DNA of 64,000 bases. Origin: Azolla caroliniana (lineage: Eukaryota; Plantae; Polypodiophyta). This document shows positions 38,895 through 53,197 of this stretch, piece by piece (the stretch's first letter is position 1; every line of letters begins with the position of its first letter). The notes beneath the pieces were generated by a model. It had not been told where the DNA came from. It saw only the letters and a program-made list of their open reading frames with translations, and searched no databases. The stretch spans positions 6,324,001-6,388,000 of the forward strand of contig JBHGNT010000010.1 of NCBI GenBank assembly GCA_043228905.1. The letters run 5' to 3'. Position numbers and translations under genes: made by a program.

Positions 38895-39403
38895 TGTAGA
38901 TGGCCATCACCTAGGGCACCAATTCTGCATTGGTAAAGTTTTGGACGTGGTGATGAATTAAACTTTTGTAATACATCTATCATTGGCATTAGTGAGGTAG
39001 ATATCATTGTGTATGACTTTACATTGACAAAAGTTGGATGTTTAAGGACGACAACGATAGATGTAATAAAAAAGATATTACCAAGACTAGAAGATATCTT
39101 AGATTGAGAGCGAATAAGATTTAGTGCACACAATTTGAAGACACCACCATTTGTAGATGGCCATCACCTAGGGCACCAATTCTGCATTGGTAAAGTTTTG
39201 GACGTGGTGATGAATTAAACTTTTGTAATACATCTATCATTGGCATTAGTGAGGTAGATATCATTGTGTATGACTTTACATTGACAAAAGTTGGATGTTT
39301 AAGGACGACAACGATAGATGTAATAAAAAAGATATTACCAAGACTAGAAGATATCTTAGATTGAGAGCGAATAAGATTTAGTGCACACAATTTGAAGACA
39401 CCA
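38895..39403. repeat. Apparently exact tandem duplication, 257-bp period
   Basis: 38895-39146 repeated at 39152-39403, with short CCATT filler at the junction. Confidence 0.9.
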
Positions 39404-41699
39404 TTTAGTGAAGACAATGATTTGATTGGTACATTTAAAAATAAAGAAGAGTCACAATTGTATATTAGTTATAGTAGTGATTCTCATAAAAGGAATGATG
39501 ATAGTGTTGCAAATAACTCCTAAATGTATTTTTTGTGCAATGATATATAAGAAATTTAAACAACATTTTATTGAATAAAATAAAAAGTTGATTGTTTTGA
39601 AATCTTTCGCTTATGATTTCGTTAGGATCTAAAATACTATTAATTGTAATTTCTCCTTAAAAATACACAAAGTTACTTTTCGTATTTGGCCAAAATTTGG
39701 CATTTTTCAATTTTACCAAATGGTGAAAATTTTAGCTTTTTTATCAAGTTTTTGAGAACATGTGATACTGGTATCATGGTGTTTTGTGAAATGGCAAAAA
39801 AAGCCCCAAAATCAGACGAAATATTCCTTATCCTTCCATTTGTGCGCGATCCTTTCGAAGTCTACTTCCTTTGTATAAGTATGAATAGAAATTCTTAATG
39901 AATTAATCGCCCCGTTGATGTATTGTACTCAGAGAGGATATACACATGCATGTTCACTCTTTTATGAATGAAAGGGTACTGATCAATATAGATAATAACC
40001 TTTACAGATGTGCAATAGTTGTATACTTTTTATTACAAATCGTATACCTTTAAAGAATGATACTACTAATTTTACATGTTGTACGTGATGTACCTTTAAA
40101 GCATGATGTACATAGTGTGATTAATTAAACCTTATTCTTAGAAGGTATCTTGGATCGCATCGATAAATGTTTGCTTGGCTAATGGGCTTTGGAATCGAAT
40201 CATAAGACTTTATTTATTGATCTTAAATGTATGGAAGGATTCAAAAATATGAAGTTAAACCATTGTTCGAGCAATCATATCTATGTAAACTTTTAAAAGA
40301 GCACAGAGACATGCTTTTCAGTGAAGTTTGTCTTGTAATGGTACAAATTACTATAGCTCAAGGAAAAAAAGGTATGGTAAGGAATGTCATGATGCTTGAA
40401 AGTACCTCAGGACTTCGATGTACTAAAAAATAAGGAAAATCATCAAAAGTAAATGCATGGATACAAACGACTTATTCAAAGAAAGACAAGAATATGTGAA
40501 GTTAAACAAATGTTCTCCACACCCAAGAGAGTGTAAATGCAGTGGAAAACATGTTGAGAATTATGGCAACTTTCTTTTTGCAATTGATATGTATCACAAA
40601 TTGCGAAAGATGTGGAGTGCAGAGTAAGGCATTCTCACAAATTGCATATCTTTGTATTAGGAGTTATATTGTCATGTCAATATCATTCATTGATGGGTTT
40701 AGACCATTGTATATCCCATAGGTGGCAACTTAGGCGATACTTGTTGTCACGCACTCTTGAGCCATTAACTTATGTAGTTAGACTAAATGAACTCTCACCC
40801 ACCTCTCTCAAAGGATATTCTCACCAAGAAGTTCACTCATGCCATGTTAAGGCTTAAGCGTTAGATAATTTAGACAAGTACATAAACTAACCACACTTCA
40901 ATTAGTGATTATCACCAATACACATACAAGAGAAGATTAGAGGTTGGATGAAAGTTCTCTTAATGCTAATGTCTCCTTAGTATGAGACAAGAGAGGTAGA
41001 AAGATAAATAAATACATAAACTAACCACACTTCAATTAGTGATTGTCATTAATACACATACAAGAGAAATCTCTTAAAGCTAATCTCTCCCTAGCATGAG
41101 AGACAAGAGAGATAGATAGATTTTTAACATCAATCCACGGGAAGGGACATAGTGTCGTGATGTGCCGTGTCAAGTGTGAGAAAAAGTGAGGTTATACTCA
41201 TATTGCACAAACACTTGTAAATATAAAAATAAATAAGTAATAAATAAGCCTAGGTCCTTGTGGTATTGAGTGCATATAGAGGGATGCAAGCATGATTTGA
41301 ACCGTGCACATCAAAGATGGAAGACAATTGACTTACCAGTTATGCTACTATTGAATTCTTTAGATTTCATATATTCCCTTGACGTCGATGTCTAGGATGA
41401 CGTCAAGACATGTGTGGGAGAGGCGGTTGGCTAAAAGCGTACGGATTCCTCCACACTTATTCTAGAGACTTGGGCATTTGCATCTGAGAACCAACATGAG
41501 ACCCAAGAGACTTCGTGGAGATGATGTTGAAGATGATGGCGGATTTTTGATGGGAAAGAGAAAGATGAGAAAGGGCTCAACAAGTTGTCAAGAGCATGGT
41601 CAAAAAAGTCTACCCGTTTAATGGGGATGAAGTCTCAAATTTTTTTAAATCCTACAATGCTAAGATGGATTGGGAAGATGTGAACGAGGCAATGAGACT

Positions 41700-43290
41700 A
41701 ACGTATGTGTGGAGAAAGTCTAACCATGGTCATCGTCCGCCCTTATTGTGTTGTTCACAACCACCTCCTTGACCTTGTCGTTCGCGACTATTTCGTCAAC
41801 CCTATAGGCCACGAACCCATTGTCCTCGATCATGCAAGCTTTGCTCATGCTTACACCTTCATCATTCGATGTTTCGAACACAACTTGTGTTTTGAAACAC
41901 TCATCCACTCTCAAAGCCACATTTCCTGTTCTTGAGTCTTCGGCCTTTCCCTTGACCGTTGTTTCTCCATAAGTCAAGAAGGTGGCTTGTTCAACACCTC
42001 TCGTGGTACCGTTGTGCTGAACTTGGGCCATCATACCAACCTTATCCTTCATGCAAGCTTTGATTACACTTACCCTTTTATTACCCGATGTTTCGAACAC
42101 GATGCATGTTTTGAAACATTCATCCTCCCTCGAAGTGGCGTTCCTCATCCTTGGTCGTTGTTTCTCCGCAAGACGAGATGGTAACTTGTTCCACACCTTC
42201 TCTTGTGGTACCATTGTATCGAACTTGAGCCTTCATAACAACCACTTCATTAAGCCATATTTGTTGGGAGGTCTTTTCTTCCTCGATCACTATGTGCCTC
42301 GGTTTCGACTTCATTGTTAGCTTCTCTTCAACTTCGACTTGCGTTTTTAAGTTCTTGTATGCCTCCCTTATCAATTCTTCTTTGTCAAGTATCGTCGAAC
42401 CTTCCCGTTTCGAGCCCTCTTCTTTAGGTGGTAGCGTGTAGTCGCGTCCCATCTTCCTTTGACCATCCCTCGTGGGTCGTGTTGTTGACAATGAGAATCT
42501 CATCTTCCTCTTATCGTGTCGTTAACATACCCTTTCCACTTCAACCCAATCTTCGATGAGGCCATTTGCTTCATCTTCATCCTCGGGTTGGATTCCAATG
42601 GCCTTCCTTTTCTTTCGATCGATCGACTTTCCGAACAGTAAAACTTTATCCACCCCCACCAATCTTTGATCCCACTCTAAGAGTTGAGCAAAATGAGACT
42701 CAAACTCTAGCAATGCATGCATAGTACTTTGGTGGGTCTTCATCGATGATATCCATCGATCAAATTCGTAAAGAACTCGTCCCTTTTATTCTTCGTAACC
42801 ATATGCCTCTTGTAAAGCTTTTTCGAAGGACGCCCACATGTCGTGAGCTTCTTGAAGCTCTTTAACAAAGGTGTATCGATATGGTCACCACCCAGAAAAA
42901 ATATTTCAACCTCATTACCTTGTACACACCTCTCCAATCCATCTCGGTATTGTAGGCTTTTAAAAATTTTGGAACCTCGCCCATGTTGAAACATGCTCTC
43001 AACAACTTGTTGAGCCACATCTCATCTTTCTCTTTCCCTTCTTAAATTCATCATCATCTTCGACAATATCTCCACAATGTCTTCTTCGTCTGTTGTCATC
43101 CTCCCATTCCGCTCTTTCACATTGGGTTCACCAAATATGTCACGTAAAACCGCACGTGTGTGTGCTACTTGAGTAGGGCCATATGGGACTTGGACTAGGG
43201 AGTTGATGGTGTCTCGAAGATTTATGCGGAAGTGTTGTTTGGGCAAGACCACGAGGTCATAGTGTGAGACCACAAGGGTCTTGAACCATG
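41700..43290 (-). mobile_element. Degenerate LTR-retrotransposon remnant (LTR end ~43138, PBS-like TGGTGAACCC, gag-like fragments with ~220-bp internal repeats)
   Basis: Minus strand ...GTGACA-TATT-TGGTGAACCC, fragmented ORFs 42120-43018 and repeated RxDECFKT units. Family not identified. Confidence 0.45.
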
Positions 43291-44180
43291 GATTTCTGTG
43301 TATCCACATCACTTGCCATGTCAGAATCACAAAAACCCTTCAACTTTAATGGGTCTTTTCCATAACAAAGGCATTTATTTTTTGTCCCTTTTAAGGACCT
43401 CATAATGGACTCTATTGCATTCCAATGTGCCTTGCCCAGATTAGCCATGAATCAACTTACAACTCCCACTGCATAGGCAATATTAGGTCTAGAGACTAGT
43501 AGCAACCATAGCATACATAAGTGAACCACAAGCTAAAGCATAAGGTACACCTTGCATGTCATTGATTGCTTCTTGTGTCTTAGGAAAATCTTCCCTCGAG
43601 ATTTTATCATATGGTTGTAATGGCACTCCAAGAGGCTTTGCATCAGCCATACAAAATCTGTCTAGCACCTTTTCAATGTATTTTTCCTGAGATAAATGCA
43701 ATGTGTGTTGTTCCCTTTGTCTCCTAATTCTTACTCCAAGTACATGTTCAACTCCCCCAGGGTCTTTCATTGAAAATGCAGATTTCAACTGCTTTTAAAG
43801 GACATCAACATTGCTCCTTTTCTTGGCAACAATGGGCATATACAAGAATGATTGGGCTGCCATTTTCATCTCTTTTGGTGTACAAATAGTGATCAACATG
43901 ACTTCTTTTGTACCCATGTTTGAGCATAAAAGCATCAAACTTTTTGTCCCATTGTCTAGAAGCTTGTTTTGGCCCATACAAGCTTCTATTGAGCTTGCAT
44001 ACCAAACGTTCTTTCTAGGAATAACAAAGCCCTCAAGTTGTTTAATTTAAAGCTCTTCACCAATGTCACCATGCAAAAAAGTTGTATGTACATCCATTTG
44101 GTCTAATTCCAAATCAAGTGCAACCACTATAGCAAATAGCACTCGCAAAGTGGTCATTTTTACCACAAGAGAAAACACTT
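43290..44180 (-). mobile_element. Copia RT fragment
   Basis: LNRSLYGPKQASRQW, MKDPG, LSQEKYIEKVL, PYALACGSLMYAMV and GFCDSD. Confidence 0.88.
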
Positions 44181-44204
44181 ATTCGAAATTTATGGCAAGG
44201 TTGA

Positions 44205-44820
44205 TATGGCAAAAGTGCTTAACAAATTTAATATGGCAAAAGCAAAAGTCCCTTAGAGTTCCTTTGCCTTCATATCTTAAACCTTGCAAGGTTGATTGTC
44301 CAAAGGATGAGATGGAAGTCAATGCTATGAAGGGAATTCCTTATGCATCAACATGTGGTTCTCTAATGTATGTTATGGTAGCTACTCATCCAAATATTGT
44401 TTATGCAGTGGGAGTTCTCAATCACTATATGTCTAATCCCAGCAAAGCACATTAGGAGGTTGTCAAGTGTGTTTTTAGGTATCTTAAAGGTACATAGAGA
44501 GAATGTTTATGCTATGGGAAGGGTGCATTAGGTTTGTAGGGATATTGTGATGCAGACTTGGAAGGTGACTTGGATACACACAAGTCTACTAGCGAGTACA
44601 TATTACAATTGCTAGTGGAGCAGTGTCTTGGAGCTCCAAATTGCAAAAGATTGTAGCATTGAGTACTTACTAAAGTTGAACATATTTCAGCTACAGAAGC
44701 TTCAAAGGAAGCTATATGGCTCAACAGACTTGTTGAAGATATTGGCATTCCTGTTAGTACTCCTGTGTTAGGATGTGATAGCCAGAGTGTTGTGTATCTG
44801 GCTAAGAGTGTAGTGTTCCC
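44205..44820 (+). mobile_element. Copia RT/RNase H fragment (opposite orientation to neighbour)
   Basis: PYASTCGSLMYVMVATHPNI, YCDADL, EASKEAIWL and CDSQSVVYLAK. Confidence 0.85.
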
Positions 44821-45236
44821 GTGCAACTTTGGCCTACAACAACCGGGGTGCGAGGTAGCCAATCCCTTTCTTCAAATCTTCGACGTGTAACTCTCTCCCC
44901 CGTGGGGAAGATGATCAGACCTCCAAAACATTCATAAGTAGATCAACCCTAAGATGAACAAGAAGCCCAAGAAGAAACCCAAACCCAAAACAAGAAAACT
45001 AAGAGACTATACACCAAAGAAACCCCAAGTCCTCGAAGCATTAAGGAGTGCAAGTAGAAGAAAGTAAGCAAATGAGATGCTCCCAAACCCTAACCCAAGA
45101 AGAAGAGGTAACAAGAAAAAGAAGAAAAAGAAGAAAAAGAAAGAAAGAGATGAAACCCTAAATGGTACACCCCCTAAGGCAAAATGGGCGACCCTAACTA
45201 AGCTCTCCCCCTACTTTTTATAGAGAAAGGAGGAGC

Positions 45237-45524
45237 CTATTTTTGGCATTTAATATAATTCCTTGTTAAGTCCTCATGAAAGTTTTCTCTAAAAGTGAGA
45301 ATATCCGCCAATTTCGCACGCATGATCAATTCAAGCTTAACTTGAAAATCATATTCAACTAATTGGAGAGCCCATTTCATAATCTTGGCTAACACACTAA
45401 CATAATGGAGAACATATGGTCGCAAGGGCATACTAATGATGATTACAAAGTGTTGGGCAATTAAAAAACTCTTAATTTTTTGGCATGGATAAATAAGAGT
45501 TAGCATCCACTTCTGTACATCCAA
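45237..45524 (-). mobile_element. Gypsy (Tat/Athila-type) RNase H fragment
   Basis: KIMKWALQLVEYDF motif. Confidence 0.5.
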
Positions 45525-48215
45525 TCACTTATGGCTCTACTAATAAAGTAAATAGAATGCATAAGTTTATTATGAGAATCTCGTTGCATAAGAATAGCAT
45601 CAATAGCATGAGAATTAACACTAAGAGAAAGGAAGAAAGTGGAACTACTATTAGGAGAATTAGAATTTTTATCATCCATAAAGAGGCCAATTTTGACTTA
45701 TGGGAACATAGTATACATGTGTTCTTGATATGTGTCTATTTCCTAAGAAGGGGTATTCATACATTGAAGCACAAAGTCTCTATGTGTGAATAAAGCATGC
45801 ACATATGAGCTCAACCTTCTCGGTGATGTCGTAAGTATGGCACTTAAGTTATCACTCCCTTTTAGTATGGGAATAGAGTATAAATGTGTTCTTGATATGT
45901 GTCTCTTTCCTAAGAAGGAGTATTCATACATTGAAGCACAAAGTCTCTATGTGTGAATAAGGAATGCACATATGAGATCAACCTTCTCGTTCTCGATGAT
46001 GTCTTAAGTATGGCACTTAAGTTATCACTCCCTTTTACTATGTCAACATATCTTGAACGAATTGCACTATATGTCGAGCATGTGAAGAGCAAGGGACATT
46101 CATCCTCTACCATGCCTTCATTGCATACTTTGGATGACTTCAAATTAGTTACATTTTGATACCATGATACAACTTCAATACCTAACTTGTGAGATCGAGT
46201 GCGAAGTAGTGTAAGGGCTCTACAACCATTACTACTCATATTGGTAATGAGATAAGGTTGGATACGATCAATAGGCATTCTTGCTTTATATCGAGACCAA
46301 CATTCAGGGTTAACATTTGCAATGTCCTCTTAGCATCTTCCCACTTCATCCTTAATGATTCCACCAACCTTTCCTCAATCATTACATATTGCATAGCATT
46401 GCCCAAAAGCTCTAAAAGATCATCCAAACCCCATCTTCTAAACCATTTCTTTATGTCAACAACCCAACCGGATGAGAGAATCTTACTTTTATTATTCTTT
46501 TATAATTTACATCCAACATTCCAAGCAAGATGTGGTAATTGATGATTTGGCATATTCTTGACTTTTGTAAAGTATTTATATACTCTTTGGAGTGCCAATA
46601 GTTCTATGGGTCGAACATCTATTTCCAAGAGCATAACCTAGTAAGAGATAGTGCATTTAACTCCTAATTGCCTCCCTAAAAACATCTTTTGAATTTTCTC
46701 AATCTCATTCTATGCATTAAGAGAGATGGTATCACCCCATACTTCTACTCCATAAAGCAATACTTGAGTTACCATTAGTTTTACTTCCCATCCACAAGTA
46801 TCAATTTGGTTGCATTGGTTCTCCAAAAGGTAATACGATTTTCAACTGGTTTGGAACCTAGAATCAAAGCATGCACTCCATTTATTTGTGACGAGTACAT
46901 CAATACCAAGATATTTAAAGCTTCGAACAAATTGTATATGTTCACCTCTATATGTGAGCATATGGTAATGATAAGGTTGGATGGTTTGCACTACCATAAT
47001 TTTTGTTTTCTCCGCATTCATTGCTAGTCCATTACTATTGCAAAATTCTTCTAATACCCCAAGTAAATTTTGCATACTATCAACATCATATGAGAAGAGT
47101 ACCACATCATCTGCATATAGAAGCAATAAGATAACATGTTGCATCAATTTGGGGGCATTCAATCCTTCTTCTCTTGCAACCTTATTCACCACTTCATCTA
47201 ATTTATCAATACATAGGCTAAAGAGTGTGGGTGATAGTGGACATCCTTGCTTGACCCCCATGTTACTTAAAAAGTGCTTTGAGAACCCACTATCCATTTT
47301 TAGTTGGCAACTTGTTCATATAGGCGTGCAATAGGAACTCGATACTCTAATGGCATGTCAATCTCTACCATTCTATTCCAAATCTCACCTCGTGGTACAA
47401 TATCAAAAGCTTTCTTCAATCAACAAAACAACAATAAAGTGTTTTCCCTTGTAGTCGACTCTCTTCCATGATTACTCTCAATGTGACAAAATGATCCACC
47501 GTGGAGTGTTTTGGTCTACATCTTGTTTGCCCAAGTGCTCTTTTGCTTGTATTTTCAGCCCATGTGCTTATCTTTTGCCCCATAATAGTGTTATATAATT
47601 TAGCAATAGTTGAGCTCACCATTATTGTATGATCATTTGATACTTAATTCTTATCTCCGACTTTAATATTGGTTTAATCCAATTCATAAACCAATGATTT
47701 GGAAATCCTTGTTTTATAGCATGCTCTATAATTACCATTATCCAATGACGAGTATGTGGCATTGTCCATTTTTAAAGCTCACTTGAGACGTATGTTGCAT
47801 CTATTGCTTTCCCACTCGCCATCTTCTTTATTCCCTTATTGACATCATCAATGTCAATACATGTAGTGCATGGTGTTTCAATTTTCTCAACCATATGAGC
47901 CACACCTTCATGCATATATAGCCTTTGTACATAGTCTAACATCTCTTCATTTGTAAAGTGGCCTTTCACATCTTCTTCGTTACCCTTGAGTTGTCCCCAT
48001 GCTAATTTTGGTTTGAGCTTAAACAAGTTTTTATTTTTCATCTCTTGCATTTGAAAAAAAATTCTTTTCTTTCTCCTCACTACTTTCTTATATATATGCC
48101 ATGCAACAATCTTTTCATTTTCTCCCTCTATGGACTTAAACCATTTGAGATACATCTTACATTCATCGTCGAACCAAGAATTACATGGAAAACTACACAT
48201 CTTATGCCCACCCAC

Positions 48216-48854
48216 TGTTAGAAATATTGAGAATCGATTAGATAGGTATATAGAGTTACAACTACAGAGATGGGTTATATGAAAACAAAACTTCTATTAC
48301 ATATGAGAGTAGCTCACAATAGTAGTTTTCCCATCCACTCACACCTTAGAGCTTAGATAGGATATGAACCAGCTCACTACAAAATTAGTGGGGTCTGATA
48401 ATCAAGCCAACCACTGTGAAAAGAAAGTGGATTGTTTTCTATGTTTGGTCTAAGTATAACATTAAATGTGCAAGTCAGTTGATAGTAGTGGAGATATTCC
48501 TTTTCTGTCAACTGACTTGTCATTTAATATGACCAACTCCCTAGGTACAGGCTAGTGCTAGATAGTACTTATCTTGAAGTCAATGACGCATACTTCAAGA
48601 TTAAGTACATCGTAACTTGCCCACAAAATATTCTAGTTGACTTGATTAGCCAATCCTATTACCTATTTCTCTCTTTCCTAAATACATTGTGTCTTATGCA
48701 TCTACGGTTTCCTAGATTAACACCTTATCGACCCATATGGTCGAGTTGCACACTAGTCGCTCCTCATTTGGGGCGCTATCACAAAATGTGCACTCTAACA
48801 GCACATATGGGGATAGATTTACAACTTGGGGCTGATCATTGATTATAAATTACA
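48216..48854. mobile_element. Solo LTR (639 bp) with TSD CCCAC
   Basis: TGTTAG...TTACA flanked by CCCAC at 48211-48215 and 48855-48859. It interrupts LINE ORF2. Confidence 0.8.
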
Positions 48855-49022
48855 CCCACATGCCTCTTAAAGTATTGATACCCAACCTTAAAGATGATAT
48901 CCTTCAAATGTTGCCAATTTTCTTTAACATCGTTGCTTAGAGAAAAATTTAACAAATGATTCTCCACTTCATTTGCATACATCTTAGCTTTTTCGTAGCA
49001 AGGTTAGATTATACATCTCTCT

Positions 49023-49462
49023 TCATCTTTCACTCCATGGCATCTACTGGTGAAATGTGGAATTGCAAGCTCTAAGTACAATGGCTTGTGGTCTGAGTTT
49101 GGAGATAGGGAACCAACTTTAAACACATTCACCAATGATAGATGACATGCCAACATTAATACGTAATCAACCACACTTCCTCCACTCAAGGATAGTAAAC
49201 ATGTGAGCACATTTGTCAATGGGAATGCCTTTATACCATTTATCATCTTTCACTCCATGGCATCTACTGGTGAAATGTGGAATTGCAAGCTCTAAGTACA
49301 ATGGCTTGTGGTCTGAGTTTGGAGATAGGGAACCAACTTTAAACACATTCACCAATGATAGATGACATGCCAACATTAATACGTAATCAACCACACTTCC
49401 TCCACTCAAGGATAGTAAACATGTGAGCACATTTGTCAATGGGAATGCCTTTATACCATTTA
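49023..49462. repeat. Apparently exact 220-bp tandem duplication in LINE endonuclease
   Basis: TCATCTTTCACTCCATGG...TTATACCATTTA occurs twice in tandem. Confidence 0.9.
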
Positions 49463-50329
49463 GGATGATCAAGTGTGCAATTTAACATATATATCAAAAG
49501 TTTTCCATAATCCGACTTGACACAATCCTCTGAGTCACGCAATAAACAATGTTCTACAACATTTTCTTCAAATGTTTCCACATTTTGGAAATTTCTAACT
49601 CTTGCATTGAAGTCTCCCATAATTAAAACTTTACCAAGCTTCTCAAATGAAAATATATCATGGCACAATTTTGTAAAAGGATCGCCACGATCTAACCCAA
49701 ACCTACTATAGTAGTTTGAGTCTTTGTGATAAATGTAACATGCAACTATATATAACTTCTCTTTCCCCAACTTAACCTCTATCCATATGTATCTCTTATA
49801 GTCATCATATTTGCATACTTTGATAGAATTATCTAAGCTCTCATGGTAAATACATGTTATCTCGACATGCCCAATATTCCCTCTAGAGTGAGGCCATATC
49901 GATTTTATGAGGTAATCGTCTATCTTAGGTATACGTTTTGCCTCATGCTCCCATGTTTCTACCAAAAATATAATATCAATACCTTGACCTACATCATTGA
50001 GTCCTAAACCCTTATTCTATGGATATCCTCTACAAATCAAAACATTACTTTCAACCATGAAGCATTTATAGTCCCATAGGTCGTTGCTTGCTATACCTTT
50101 TGATTTGCTTTCCTTGATGCATATGCTTGCCTTCTACATTCTTGCTCTTGTGGAGTTCTATCCTCCATTACAAAAAAGGAGGCTTGAGGATAGGAGTTTT
50201 TGATAATACATCACTTATTGTATTAAATTGTTCTTCTAGAAAGGATTCCATACAACAACATCCGTGCGTAGGAGGACTTTAAATGGATAAATTACTTGGG
50301 CTAGCATATGGATAGACCTTTTAACATAA

Positions 50330-51790
50330 TGTACCTTCTCTACAAATGTTTCCTATTATTTAATATCATTTGAGTAAGGTAGTAGCGCTTCAAGTGCCTT
50401 TATTTTTTATGGATCCACCTTGATTCCTTGAAGAGATACATGTCCAAGCATCACCACCTCCTTTTCACCAATGCCTTACTTGTTAGGGTTGAGTTGTCCT
50501 CTACACTAGTCGAGTTGTTTAAAAGCCGCTTCCACCTTCTCAAGATCAATATTTTTGCTATATATAGCAAAATCATCTATAGACACCCTTTACAAACTTA
50601 TCAAAAACTGGTTGAAATCCATGAATAGCCAAATGATTGAAGGTAAAAACTACATTAGTTAATCATTTAGTCTTTCTTGGCTATCCTTATTTAAAAATAA
50701 CCAAAGTAACCATCCCAAATGGTGTATAGCTCATTGTCGGCAATCACATCCAAAATCTCATCTTAGAAAGGTGGAAAGTGATCTCGTTTGGTTGAAGCAA
50801 TCAAGGGTTTGAAGTCGACATATACACACCACTTGCCATTGTTTTTTGGAACTACAACAATTGGTGACACCCACTTTGAAACTTCCACGGGGCAAATGAA
50901 GCACGCCCGCAATAACACTTTGACCTCCTTTAAAAGAACTTTTTGTAACATCCCTAATTGACAAAGCTTTTGGGAAAGGAGTACACTTCCCTCCTTCAAA
51001 TTGATGTGATGGTTGATGACATTTATGCCTCTTATTTGCGAATAGTCATTTATCAATAACTTTGAAAACTCAAAAAGAAGAGAAATAAACCTAACGCTCT
51101 TCTCCTTGAATATCTTCGGGATCATCTTCTCTTTTTCCTCTAAGGTTCAGATAATGTTTTCATCTTCAATGACATCTTCCTCATCTTTAGACACCACATA
51201 AGATGTATTTTCCTCCCAATCCAATGAAGATTCATCACTTGATAAGCATTCCCTTTCTTGCTCTCCATTGTAGGAAGTTAAGTCTTTCTCCTTTGCATCT
51301 TTAATTACCCGTTGTAGATGCATGTCGTAGAAGATGTTGAACCCCTCTAATGGTGATAAGGTCATGATACCATTACTCCAATCATGAACTATATTTAACT
51401 CTTGCATCCAAGTTCTTCCATAAAAATCCATGGAAAGAGAATACCAAAACATTCAATAACCACATCTTCTACAATTCCCAAACAAGGCACCAAAACCCCA
51501 TTAGGTACAACTACTTCAGCCGAGGACTTTTTACGAATGGGAATTCCAATCTTAGTTACTACAACCTTCGATATAATGCTTATTCTAGCACCACTATCTA
51601 CTAAGACATCCTTAATTAAAAGACCTTCGATGGTTACTTGGATAGTTGGTCGGAATATCCTTTCGATCTTTCAAAATTCTTGCATAAATCATATTCGACT
51701 ATACTTTCGACACATCTTTGACCAAACCCAATCCTTGCATAAATTCCTCTCATAATCACAGTGTGCACTCTCAATTGCAACATTCATTGG
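50330..51790 (-). mobile_element. Gypsy (Athila/Tat-type) protease-RT remnant
   Basis: VLVDSGA, GRTWMQEL and SKWVSPIVVVPKNNGKWCVYVDFKPL...DHFP. Confidence 0.8.
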
Positions 51791-51815
51791 TAAAGTCTTG
51801 AACATCAAAAGTCAA

Positions 51816-52240
51816 TGTTGGTGGGCTAGTTATTGTAGATGACAAAGGTTCATGCTACTCATTATGTTATTATACCACAAACAAACATCCTTATAAGAGG
51901 CTACAATAGTAGAGTCTATAGCTCTTCTTGAGCGTGTTGATTGATTTTCCTTTCTTGACCTACAGTAGTGGTTTGAGAGTCTATAAATACCTCTCAATCC
52001 CTACAAACAACGCTCATACACATAAATATGATTCTCAACAAGAGGAAGAACATGAGCATGTTGGTGGGCTAGTTATTGTCGATGACAAAGGTTCATGCTA
52101 CTCATTATGTTATTATACCACAAACAACCATCCTTATAAGAGGCTACAATAGTAGAGTCTATAGCTCTTCTTGAGCGTGTTGATTGATTTTCCTTTCTTG
52201 ACCTACAGTAGTGGTTTGAGAGTCTATAAATACCTCTCAA
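51816..52240. repeat. Direct repeat pair (~183 bp) separated by ~60 bp
   Basis: ATGTTGGTGGGCTAGTTATTGT...TACCTCTCAA at ~51816 and ~52058. Confidence 0.85.
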
Positions 52241-53197
52241 AAAACTCTTTGCATGAAATTCACATACTACCACATGTACTATCACATGGCGTGCATGCAA
52301 AGTGCCAACATTAAACCATCCAATTTTGTGTCGATTGATATTTCAATAAACTTGTATCACACATTGGATATTCAAACCTTTGCACCTATATAGCTAAACC
52401 ATCTTCAAGTCAAATATTTGTTCTTTTAATTAGAGTTTCTATTCATGAAGTAAATATTCACGACATTGTGTGGGGTGCAAGCATGGTTATGCATCTGTGA
52501 CAACATCATGACCACTGTATTTATGTGTCCATGTGTGGATGGAAAAGCTTAGGGCCCACATGGATGCACCAGACATGGGACTGAGGGTGATCATGGTATC
52601 AAATATCCATATTTTGTTACTAGCATGGCCAAACTTGTGCATGGACACATGGCCAATGTTGCATAGCTTCAAGTGAATCGGTCTTTGGCAACTTGGGTCA
52701 TAGAGAAGCAAGCAATAGTGCATGTAAATGAGATAAAAGAAAATCATCATAATGAAAGCCAGACTATATAGCAGATTCCTGTGATATGGAAACATAATGT
52801 ACTTGATTTAATAACCATCTAAGGGTTCTATCCAGATACCCAACTAATTTTCATACCAAATTTGTCGTATGATGAAGAGCTAACTAGCCTCATAAAGTAA
52901 TGGCGAAAACCGAAACCCTCTTTTTTTATTGTAGTCAGCATTTAGATTATGAACCCCATATTAATCATCTAAGGCTTCTATGAATATGACAAGCTTCTAA
53001 CTAAGTTTGTGATACAGTAAATCATTAAACAATCTTCCAAGGTTAACATAAATACTGAAAAGATGGTTATTGTTTTGGCTCAATGCATTGACAATATGAA
53101 ACCATGTTGTAAATGATATATACAAGAAACATACATTACAGCAACTTTGTAAAAAAGGATTTAAGAAATTTATCATCAATAATAACATACCACTTTT

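Larger units (their letters stand above)
45700..50250 (-). mobile_element. RTE-like LINE, decayed, interrupted by a solo LTR
   Basis: Endonuclease (LVETW, LIMGDFNARV, SDHKPL), RT (CCFVD..KAFD, GVKQGCPLSPTLF, LLYADDVVL, FKYLGI) and C-terminal RTRSHKLGIE/EDE..LFTC. The 3' end is duplicated (~167 bp). Confidence 0.9.

Noticed and set aside
38888-39417. Two paralogous small genes (MCALNLIRSQ...)
   Set aside because: Products of a single 257-bp tandem duplication, with no gene structure.
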